A stretch of 64,000 nt of DNA from an uncultured Opitutales bacterium. GTDB taxonomy: Bacteria > Verrucomicrobiota > Verrucomicrobiia > Opitutales > T3Sed10-336. Positions 8,910-17,200 of this stretch are shown one piece after another. The DNA lies in the NCBI GenBank assembly GCA_964645585.1, contig CAZYAN010000003.1:10673-74672 (forward strand). The letters run 5' to 3'. The notes below the pieces were generated by a model. The model was not told where the DNA came from, did not search any database, and saw only the letters and a program-made list of their open reading frames with translations. A program made the translations under genes and the position numbers. Numbering within the stretch: position 1 is the first letter of the stretch; each line of letters opens with the position of its first letter.

Positions 8910-11900
8910 ATGATTATGCTATTTCGATCCGCACAACAGTCGTTCGTCCGCAAAGGCCGGGCGCTCGCTGCCGCCGGGGGACTCGCCCTCACGGGGCTGA
9001 CGGCCGCCTGGTCCAGCGCGCACGCGGCGGAACTCGACCGGACAGGCACCCTCTGGGCGCCCGTCCTTGAATGGAGTTTCGACAATCCTTCCTGGTCGGG
9101 AAATCCGTTTGACCTCGAAGCCACCGCCACTTTCGTCCACACCGAAAGCGGCGAAACCATCAAAACCGGGTTCTTCTACGACGGAGGCAACACCTGGAAA
9201 TTCCGCTTTACCGGAACCCGCGTCGGCACCTGGACGGTCGTAACAAGCAGCAGCGATCCCGACCTCGACGGCAAACAAGGGACCGTCCAGATTAATCCCA
9301 ACCCGGATCCCAATGCCAAGGGTTTCATCGTGGCGTATGGCGACAAGTTTGCAAAGCAAGTCGGCAACGACGGCCGCCTCGAGGGATTCGTACCGAATGT
9401 CTACATGAACTTGCGGAAATACGGCAACCCGGAGAAATGCGGATGGGTCAGCGTGACGCCAACGTACAGCGATCCAGCGGTTTTTTCCGATTACCTCGAT
9501 GAAATCGAGGAGCACGGCTCAAACGCCGCATTCGTTCTGGTCGCGAATCAGTGGTTCCAGGCCGGCGCCGTGTCGTCGAGCGATCACGGCAGCGAGAATC
9601 CGGATCCGAAGACGTTCCGGGCACTCGAGCAAGGAATTCAGATGGCGCACGGCCGCGGCATGCATGTCCACATCTGGGCGTGGGGGGACGAGTCTCGCAA
9701 CTGGACTCCAACCCGCGTCGGCGGCGTCAACGGAACACCCGACCGCCGCGTCCAGCGCTATATTGCCGCCCGGCTCGGACCGCTTCCCGGCTGGACGATG
9801 GGATACGGTTTTGACCTGAGCGAATGGGCCGAGCCCAAGGAAGTCGCCTCCTGGGAAGACTACATCAACGGTCACAGCGGCTGGGAGCACCTGCTGATGG
9901 CGCGCGAAGACGGCAAATTCCCGGACGTAAAAAGTCTCCCCGCCGGCGGTTACGACGACAAGCCGTCGAAGAACTTCTACGACGCCGCGATCAACCTTCT
10001 CGGCAGGGTTAAAAACCGCCCGGCTCAGTTTGAGCGCCGTTTCAGCTACCTGCGCGATGGCGTCTGGACCATGGACAACACCCGCCGCGCCTTCTGGCAA
10101 TTCACCCTCGCCGGCGGCACCGGATCGGTCTGGGGGCTTTATCCGCCGGACTGTTCCGCCTATGTCAAAGGCACCTATCCCGAACCGCACCAGATGCGGA
10201 CTCACCGGGAATTCTGGCGCCACCGTTTTCTGGTCGACATGAAACGCGCCAACAGCCTCAGCGATAATAGCGATGCGATGGTCCTCCGCGATGGCGACCA
10301 CGCTGTCTTCTACCGCGAAAACACCACGTCGATCCACATCGACCTGTCCGGCATGAGCGGCCCCCAGCCGGTCATCGCGGTTGATACGCTGGGCCACTAC
10401 GAGGAGATCCCGGTCGGCACGCTCGATGCACGGGAACATACTTGGACGGCGCCGTATAAATCCGACTGGGCGCTGGCCGTGGGAACGTTCTCTATAGAGA
10501 TCCCTGATCCAACCGAACCGGCGGAACCGGCCAGCCTCACCGCGGTTTCGTTCCCGGAGGAACGGATCGATCTCTCGTGGCAAGCGCCCAATAACGGCGG
10601 CTCGCCGATTACGGGCTACCGAATCCAGCGTAAAGAGGCGGATGCCGGTTCCTTCACCGACCTCGTCGCCAACACGGGAAGCACCAGCACGACCTACACT
10701 GACTCCAGTGTCGCCTTGGGCGTAACCTACGCGTATCGGGTTTCCGCGATCAACGAAATCGGCGAAAGCGGCTTCTCCAACGAATCGCAGGCGACGGCCG
10801 GCGAGATTGACGATTCGATCCCCGATCTCAAGGAATTCGGCGCGGTCGGTGACGGCTCAACCGATGATTCAGCCGCGTTGCGCGAAGCGATCGCCTGGGC
10901 CGGCGCGGAAGGTCTGCCGGTCATGATTCCGGCCGGACGTTTCTTGATCGCCGAGGATATCGCGATCGGCAGCTCCGTGCAATTCATCGGGGTCGGCAAC
11001 GACAAGTCGATCATCACCTCGAACAATGGTTCGGCCAGGCTTTATGTTCGCGAGAGCGGCACAGCCTTCACCGGCATCGGGTTTGAGGATATGATTGAAC
11101 CGATCGTGCTGGAAAGCCGCAGCGGGTATGTGCTGAGCAACGTCACATTTGACGGATGCCGCTTCGAAAACCTCCAGTCCCTGAACCGCAATCGCGGGGT
11201 CATCGGGCTGGTGTCCGGAGGCTCGCCAGACCGGCCGCATCGTATTGAGAATCTCGTTATTCAGAACAGCGTTTTCCGGAATATCGATGCAAGCGCCATC
11301 AATGTTCGCGGCAACATTGGGGCGGCGCAAATCGTGAACAACCAGTTCATTGATCTCGTCAACGATCCCGACAACGCAACGGACGCTGATACGTTCGCCA
11401 TCCGCCTAGGAGATCCGGGCGACGGTTATATGGACGGCCAAGGCGGGCATTTGATTGAGAAGAACCTCATCCGCAATCTCCAAAAGAGCACCGCGGACGG
11501 CAATCTGATCGCGATCCTCCTCTACGGCGATAACTCGATCATCCGCGACAATGTCATCGAGCAGATCGACGGAACCGATGCCGGCGAGGATGTCAGTGCC
11601 ATCTTCATCCGCGGCGCGAACAACGAGATCGCGAACAACACGATCCGCAATGTTCGGGGCACGGCGAGGTTCGGCGCGATTCATCTCGAAGGAGGTATGG
11701 CGACCGCGAGCACGGGCCACCGTATCGCCGGTAACACCATCGAGGATGTTTACGGCAAGGCGGCTATCGAAGCCCGCACGTCCGATCTTGAGGTAACCGG
11801 CAACGAGATCTCCAACGCGGAGGCAGGCGGACTGGTCCATCGCTCCGGCAACGGAATCTCCATCAGCGGCAACACCTTCACCCGTGCCGATGTCACTCTC

Positions 11901-12551
11901 GAAGGCGAAGGCGGGAGTGCGGCGGTTTCCGAAAATGACTTCCTTGAATCGCGAATCACCCTGTCGCAATCCGCGACAAACCCAGCCGACCGCGAGGAAG
12001 TTTCCATCACTGGAAACCTCTTTCGCCGAACCTTGGCTGACACGGCGGTTCCAATGATTCAGCTCACTGGAGACGTCGCCGAACGCGCAGTCACCATCCG
12101 CAACAACCGCTTCGAAAACTTCGTCGAACTCACCGGCAGCGAGACCCTCGTCGACCTTGCCAACGGCGGCGCCGTCGCCCGAGTCGAGATTGTCGACAAC
12201 AAGGTCCAGCAAGCCGGCGAGGAACGGGAGGTCTTCGCGGTCGATTCTCCGGAAGAAGTCATCTCCGGCAACGAGATCACCTTCGGCAGCGAACCGGCCC
12301 CGAATCCGCCATCCGAGACGGGAATCGGTCTGACCCTGACGATGGGAAGCGACGGAGACACACCGTCCCTCGCGTGGAACAGCGAAACCGGCGTCACCTA
12401 CCGCGTCGAAACCTCACCCGATCTCAAATCGTGGGATATACACGGCGATCCGATCACCGGTACCGGCGATCCGATTGTCGTCGACGATCTTCCGGGATCC
12501 GGCGAGAAATCGATGTTCTACCGCGTGATCATTGAAGACGTCGAAGGCTGA
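8910..12551 (+). CDS. Secreted multidomain protein B: DUF5060 + TIM-barrel glycoside-hydrolase-like (DUF4038/GH140-like) + collagen-binding-like + FN3 + beta-helix + C-terminal module
   Basis: Signal peptide (AHA|AE); GNPFD...GFFYDGGNTWKFRF...GTW (DUF5060); RYIAARLG; WTAP..SDWAL; FN3 LSWQAP.NGGSPITGYRI...YAYRVSAINEIGES; then LKEFGAVGDGSTDD beta-helix homologous to A. Confidence 0.8.
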   Translation: MIMLFRSAQQSFVRKGRALAAAGGLALTGLTAAWSSAHAAELDRTGTLWAPVLEWSFDNPSWSGNPFDLEATATFVHTESGETIKTGFFYDGGNTWKFRFTGTRVGTWTVVTSSSDPDLDGKQGTVQINPNPDPNAKGFIVAYGDKFAKQVGNDGRLEGFVPNVYMNLRKYGNPEKCGWVSVTPTYSDPAVFSDYLDEIEEHGSNAAFVLVANQWFQAGAVSSSDHGSENPDPKTFRALEQGIQMAHGRGMHVHIWAWGDESRNWTPTRVGGVNGTPDRRVQRYIAARLGPLPGWTMGYGFDLSEWAEPKEVASWEDYINGHSGWEHLLMAREDGKFPDVKSLPAGGYDDKPSKNFYDAAINLLGRVKNRPAQFERRFSYLRDGVWTMDNTRRAFWQFTLAGGTGSVWGLYPPDCSAYVKGTYPEPHQMRTHREFWRHRFLVDMKRANSLSDNSDAMVLRDGDHAVFYRENTTSIHIDLSGMSGPQPVIAVDTLGHYEEIPVGTLDAREHTWTAPYKSDWALAVGTFSIEIPDPTEPAEPASLTAVSFPEERIDLSWQAPNNGGSPITGYRIQRKEADAGSFTDLVANTGSTSTTYTDSSVALGVTYAYRVSAINEIGESGFSNESQATAGEIDDSIPDLKEFGAVGDGSTDDSAALREAIAWAGAEGLPVMIPAGRFLIAEDIAIGSSVQFIGVGNDKSIITSNNGSARLYVRESGTAFTGIGFEDMIEPIVLESRSGYVLSNVTFDGCRFENLQSLNRNRGVIGLVSGGSPDRPHRIENLVIQNSVFRNIDASAINVRGNIGAAQIVNNQFIDLVNDPDNATDADTFAIRLGDPGDGYMDGQGGHLIEKNLIRNLQKSTADGNLIAILLYGDNSIIRDNVIEQIDGTDAGEDVSAIFIRGANNEIANNTIRNVRGTARFGAIHLEGGMATASTGHRIAGNTIEDVYGKAAIEARTSDLEVTGNEISNAEAGGLVHRSGNGISISGNTFTRADVTLEGEGGSAAVSENDFLESRITLSQSATNPADREEVSITGNLFRRTLADTAVPMIQLTGDVAERAVTIRNNRFENFVELTGSETLVDLANGGAVARVEIVDNKVQQAGEEREVFAVDSPEEVISGNEITFGSEPAPNPPSETGIGLTLTMGSDGDTPSLAWNSETGVTYRVETSPDLKSWDIHGDPITGTGDPIVVDDLPGSGEKSMFYRVIIEDVEG

Positions 12552-12586
12552 TCCGGACAATCCTCCTTCTCTCCTCCTCCATCCAG

Positions 12587-12615
12587 GGGCGGCCTCATCC
12601 GAGGCCGCCCTTTTT
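12587..12615 (+). terminator. Intrinsic terminator for gene B
   Basis: Perfect 10-bp stem GGGCGGCCTC-ATCC-GAGGCCGCCC followed by TTTTT. Confidence 0.85.
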
Positions 12616-12656
12616 GCTGCCGAACCGCACAGGGCAAATCCGCCTGCCTACCTGTC

Positions 12657-12690
12657 AAAGAAAAAAGGGCGACCCGTTACGGTCGCCCCT
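12657..12690 (-). terminator. Intrinsic terminator ending the polysaccharide operon
   Basis: GGGCGACC-CGTTAC-GGTCGCCC stem preceded on + by an A-run (U-tract on - strand), ~30 bp past the GT2 stop. Confidence 0.8.
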
Positions 12691-12718
12691 CTTCTTGCTC
12701 GCTGTTATCAGGATTGGT

Positions 12719-13672
12719 CTACCGTGTTCCAATGGGCTTCGAACCCTCGGTGCGCGGATCCGCCCGCCACAGTTTACGCGCCCTCTCAGCGAAAAAACTT
12801 ACCGGTGAATATGCGTAACCAAACTTTCGATAGACCACATAATACGCATACAGCCTTATCGGCATCGGAACTCGCCGCACTTTCTTGGCATAGTTCTTCT
12901 CGCACATCAGCCGAATCCCCTCGCGCCGAAAGTAATCCTTTCGCTCCGGCATCAATTCACACATCACATCGATAATTTCCAGCGAATCGTCACACCAGTT
13001 GCAGATGCTGTGCGTTGAACCGAGTTTGGATCCATGGATGCGATACGAGGACTTTGGCTCCTCAATCTCAACCCGGCCGCGCAGGTGCGCGACTCGAATA
13101 TTGGCAATCACGTCCTGAAACGCATAACATCGTGAATGAAATCCGCCAACCCGGCGTAATGTCTCCGTGTGATAGAGCGTGTTGCAAAAATAGGTCACCG
13201 CCTCCCCTCGAATCACGGCATCGAAATATTCGAATAACGTGGAGCGCCCGTGCGGATTCCGCCGGATTTTTATCAAATACCCATCGGTATCGATCTTTCG
13301 CACTCCCGTATGAACCAGCCCGGCCTCCCGCCCGTCCAGCGCGGAAATACATGTCTCGATAAAATCCTCATCCAGAACGTCGTCATCATGAAGCAGAATA
13401 AAGTACGTTCCCCGGGCTTCCCGAATGCAGTATTGAGCATTCTTCTCTGGCGGCAGCGGATCCTCCTGCCGAATATAGCGAAGTCTCGAGTCGTTCAGCG
13501 ACTCGACATAATCGCGCGTTCCGTCTGAAGAACAATTATCCGACACAACAATCTCCAGCCGGGGATAGCTCTGGGCAAGCGCGCTCGCCAGACTCTCACG
13601 CAAGTACGTCGCGGCACGGTTGTAGGTCGGAATCCCGATTGTAACCTCTGGAAGGTTATTCGTTTTGGTCAT
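12719..13672 (-). CDS. Glycosyltransferase family 2
   Basis: VTIGIPTYNR, SALAQSY, VVSDNCSSDGT, LLHDDD. Confidence 0.93.
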   Translation of the reverse strand: MTKTNNLPEVTIGIPTYNRAATYLRESLASALAQSYPRLEIVVSDNCSSDGTRDYVESLNDSRLRYIRQEDPLPPEKNAQYCIREARGTYFILLHDDDVLDEDFIETCISALDGREAGLVHTGVRKIDTDGYLIKIRRNPHGRSTLFEYFDAVIRGEAVTYFCNTLYHTETLRRVGGFHSRCYAFQDVIANIRVAHLRGRVEIEEPKSSYRIHGSKLGSTHSICNWCDDSLEIIDVMCELMPERKDYFRREGIRLMCEKNYAKKVRRVPMPIRLYAYYVVYRKFGYAYSPVSFFAERARKLWRADPRTEGSKPIGTR

Positions 13673-13679
13673 AATAATT

Positions 13680-14381
13680 CTATTGGCCGGATTGAATTAC
13701 GTGCTTTTCACCACAGCCATTGCCACCCGACCCGGACCTTTCTTTCTTTGCCGTCTCCGGCGGAACCGAAACCCAGCCGCCAGCACTCTCATCCCAGCGC
13801 CTGATTACCCGTGCTGGCGATCCGACAGCAATCGAACGGTCGGGCACATCGCGGGTGACAACGCTGTTGGCCCCGACAATCGCCATTTCCCCCACCGACA
13901 CACCGGGCATGATCACGACGTTTTGCCCGATCCAGCTCCCTCGCTTAATAACAATGGGAGCAACTCGGACCATTCCTTGGTATTTGTAGGGCAAATCAAT
14001 TCTCTCGTAGCCGTGGAGCGCATCGGACATGAAAACATTCGACGCAAGCATTACATCATCTTCGATCGTGATTTGCTCGTGCGCTGCAATATGCAACCCC
14101 GCGGTGGCAGATACGCGATTGCCAATGACGATTCGTGAATCAAACCGTTGCTCAATGTGCCGGCCGTCGTCGCGCTTCATCAGCGAGCCCGTGCCCGTGA
14201 TCGACTTAAGCGTGCAGTTCGGACCGAGGTGAACTCCGTCACCGATAAAAATTCTCTTCGGGTTTCGGATCGAGCGGGGATAGTTGATGCTGAGATTGCG
14301 CGGTTTGTTGCCAAAGCGGATCGGCAGGATCCAGCTTTTGATGCGGCGACCGACATACTTTACGGTGCGTAATATGCTCAT
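13680..14381 (-). CDS. Hexapeptide-repeat (LbH) O-acetyltransferase
   Basis: ITIEDDVML, SWIGQNVVIMPGVSVGEMAIVGANSVVTRDVP...VGSPARVIR. Confidence 0.9.
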   Translation of the reverse strand: MSILRTVKYVGRRIKSWILPIRFGNKPRNLSINYPRSIRNPKRIFIGDGVHLGPNCTLKSITGTGSLMKRDDGRHIEQRFDSRIVIGNRVSATAGLHIAAHEQITIEDDVMLASNVFMSDALHGYERIDLPYKYQGMVRVAPIVIKRGSWIGQNVVIMPGVSVGEMAIVGANSVVTRDVPDRSIAVGSPARVIRRWDESAGGWVSVPPETAKKERSGSGGNGCGEKHVIQSGQ

Positions 14382-14414
14382 AAGGGTATACTGGCAGGTG
14401 ATCGGATGATAACA

Positions 14415-15266
14415 TTATAGCAGGCCGAGGCTCCGGGCCTTTCCCGTCCCGTCCTCGGTGAAAAATCGAATAAAGATCCGCTGCGCGACTTCCGGCTCAA
14501 TAACTCCGTTTCTAACGAGAGGCCATCGCTCAAGGTCACGCAGATCGACGACGCGGGGAAAGTGGGCCTTGAACTTCACCCGCAAATAATCATGACCAAG
14601 CGCCGACAATGCCGCAGTGCGGTGAAAGCCGGCGCGGATGAGAAACCGGTAGTCTCCATCCATCCTCAAAAAGTATCCTCGAATTTCCCCGTCTGAATCG
14701 CGTGTGGGACGATATCCGCGGCTGCGGATTGACCTGTAGGTTTCCAAGAGACGGCCAAATTCGTAGCGCCCTTTCTTATCGGATACAGGACCGAATCCTT
14801 GAAGTCCGTCGGCGACCGACAAGCCGCCTTCCCCGCGCATCGGAACAAGCTTCGGATCCCAAGGCAGGCACGGGTACTGTTTGCCAATCGGCCATCGACC
14901 CAAGGTAGTTGATTCAAACTTACGCCGTTCCACCCCTTCAAAAAAAAGGTCAAGAATCGTTGCGGGATGGAACGTTTTGTAATACCGGCAGAGGGTTGAA
15001 TCCTCGAACGTGATCGCCGGATTCTCCATGTGCTCCCGGATCGTAACCACAAACGGGTGCCAGCCTTCAAGTCCGTACGAAAACTGGTACGTATATTTGC
15101 ACTTGTTCGCCGGAACCTCGAATATCACGTCGGTCTGGCTGAATATTGCTTCCGTCGGATCCTCGAAGCGCGTCATGGGACGAGGGCGCCCGAGTGTTTT
15201 AATCAAACCGCCCATCGCCAGCTGACCAGCAACGCTCTTGATCTGCTTCTTTAAGGTTTTGGTCAT
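14415..15266 (-). CDS. Hypothetical protein with ParB/sulfiredoxin-like G-x-HR motif
   Basis: Start overlaps the upstream stop; LLETYRSIRSRGY...FLIRAGFHRTAALSALG resembles the ParB/Srx core. Confidence 0.65.
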   Translation of the reverse strand: MTKTLKKQIKSVAGQLAMGGLIKTLGRPRPMTRFEDPTEAIFSQTDVIFEVPANKCKYTYQFSYGLEGWHPFVVTIREHMENPAITFEDSTLCRYYKTFHPATILDLFFEGVERRKFESTTLGRWPIGKQYPCLPWDPKLVPMRGEGGLSVADGLQGFGPVSDKKGRYEFGRLLETYRSIRSRGYRPTRDSDGEIRGYFLRMDGDYRFLIRAGFHRTAALSALGHDYLRVKFKAHFPRVVDLRDLERWPLVRNGVIEPEVAQRIFIRFFTEDGTGKARSLGLL

Positions 15267-17200
15267 GGCGTATCAGGCCTCCTCAGGGTCAGCGATCCCG
15301 AATCGGCCAGACGGCCAATTCTCCCCTCAATAACGTTCCCGCTCATTCCTACGGTTGCGGGCGGCCCGTCTATCCGAAGAACCTCGTCCACATGTACCGA
15401 AGTTGCCTCGTTTTGAATGCGATTGTTTCGAAAATCGATCACAGCCTTGGGTTCATGACCGGTCACGACGAAAAGGGTCTCCACCTCGGTTTTCGAGGAA
15501 GCAGTCGCCGCGATTCGAACGACATTCTGTTCAATGGTCGAGAAGGCCGAGGTCAGAATCGGGCCCCGGAGATCGCGTATTACAATCTCATTTCGTGAAA
15601 AGGCGCCGGCCCCGGCCGCCGGCCCTATGCGAAACAAGAGCGGGTCGCCTCCCGCCTGATCAACCCGGTTTCCAATAATCTCCGTTTTTTGAACCGTTCC
15701 CCCCGACACCAGGTCGACCAGAGATGCTTCTTCAGAATCGCTTACCGGAGCGAGGTTCCGAAAAACGTTTCCCCGAATCGACACAACGGCCTCGTCAACG
15801 TCGTTCGCGAGACCGATCAGCGGGAGGGCCGTTTTTAAATCGGTTCGCTGAAAGTGATTCCGCTGAATTTCGACCGCCTCTCGATCAGCCGGATCGGCGT
15901 TGCGTCGCTGCTCAAGCGACAGACGCGAATCAATAAACCGGTTGCCCGCGACGACCGCCGTCCCCTGTTCAGTTCGAAGAATGCAATCGGCATGGACAAA
16001 GCGATTGCCGGTGACTGTTACATTGTGCCCGAGTCGATGGTAAAATCCGCGGGTGGGCGAATTGAGGATGTCGTTCTCGACGAACAAGAGGCCGGTCGTT
16101 GAAACCTCAACCGCTGACATGCCGTAAATGTCCTCGATCCGGTTGGACGCGATCACGTTCTCCCGGTTTCCGCTGGCCATACCGCCTTTCAGGGAAACCG
16201 CACCGTCGTCGTCCGCGCCATGAATTCGGCGAATGGTGTTGGAAACAACACGATTAAACGAACCGCGCATATAGATCGCATTCGTGTCGAGTCCTTTGTC
16301 GGTGGAATCAATGTCTTCAATGAGATTTCCGCGCACGACATTGAAATCGCCGTATAAAAGCAGCCCCATGAGATTCCCCTCGACGGTTTGCTTTCTCATC
16401 CCGCGAATCACATTCTCTTCAACAACGTGCCCGCCCTGCGATGAAACCGGGGACGAGTCCGCCCCATGCTCCTCGGAATCGCCCAGCCGAATCGCGTATC
16501 CGCCACTTGGAGACGCGCTGCCGGGACGATTAACAACCCCCAGGAAAACATTTCTGACTATCCGCGCGTTCCGGATGTTTGCCCGAATATTGATCGCATG
16601 GGCGTCGATGTTTCGAAAAACGCAGTCGCGCACCACCACCCCCTCGACGCGGTGCATTCGCTGACCTGAACTGCCGGAACTTAATCCGATTGCACCTCGG
16701 TTGGGATCGCGGACTTCGATCCCCTCAAACCGGCACTGCTCAAATTGAATGTTTCGGAGCACGTAATCTTCGCGGCTCACCAAGCCGATCGGTTCAACCA
16801 TCTTCTCAAATCCGATTCCCCGAAACGAGGTGCCGCTCTCGCGCACAAGGATCCTCGCATCGGTACCCTCGCTGGTCAGAACGGATTCCTTGTGATTGAC
16901 GCCAACAACCTGGACCGCGTCATCGATGACCAGGTCCTCTCCAAGCAAATAGCGTCCCGGCGGCACCTCGACCGGCTCCCGCGAATCAGCGCCCGCCTTG
17001 ATGGCTCGCAGGAATGCGCCAACGTCGTTGGCGACGCCATCGCCAACCGCGCCATAATCGCGAACCGACACAGCATTGCCCGGAACGGCCGCCAGCAGCG
17101 AAGCAAGAAGAAATCCGAGGATCTTTATGCGACGGCATCCGCGGCGCGGGTTCGTCGCAAATCCCGCGCGGAGGCAATATCTGAACACGGTGACAATCAT
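15263..17200 (-). CDS. Beta-helix protein C (paralog of A, B, D; lacks the C-terminal module)
   Basis: Signal peptide; SVRDYGAVGDGVANDV; shared motifs AINIR, GGYAIRLG, GADDDGAVSLKGG, YGMSAVEVS. Confidence 0.85.
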   Translation of the reverse strand: MIVTVFRYCLRAGFATNPRRGCRRIKILGFLLASLLAAVPGNAVSVRDYGAVGDGVANDVGAFLRAIKAGADSREPVEVPPGRYLLGEDLVIDDAVQVVGVNHKESVLTSEGTDARILVRESGTSFRGIGFEKMVEPIGLVSREDYVLRNIQFEQCRFEGIEVRDPNRGAIGLSSGSSGQRMHRVEGVVVRDCVFRNIDAHAINIRANIRNARIVRNVFLGVVNRPGSASPSGGYAIRLGDSEEHGADSSPVSSQGGHVVEENVIRGMRKQTVEGNLMGLLLYGDFNVVRGNLIEDIDSTDKGLDTNAIYMRGSFNRVVSNTIRRIHGADDDGAVSLKGGMASGNRENVIASNRIEDIYGMSAVEVSTTGLLFVENDILNSPTRGFYHRLGHNVTVTGNRFVHADCILRTEQGTAVVAGNRFIDSRLSLEQRRNADPADREAVEIQRNHFQRTDLKTALPLIGLANDVDEAVVSIRGNVFRNLAPVSDSEEASLVDLVSGGTVQKTEIIGNRVDQAGGDPLLFRIGPAAGAGAFSRNEIVIRDLRGPILTSAFSTIEQNVVRIAATASSKTEVETLFVVTGHEPKAVIDFRNNRIQNEATSVHVDEVLRIDGPPATVGMSGNVIEGRIGRLADSGSLTLRRPDTP

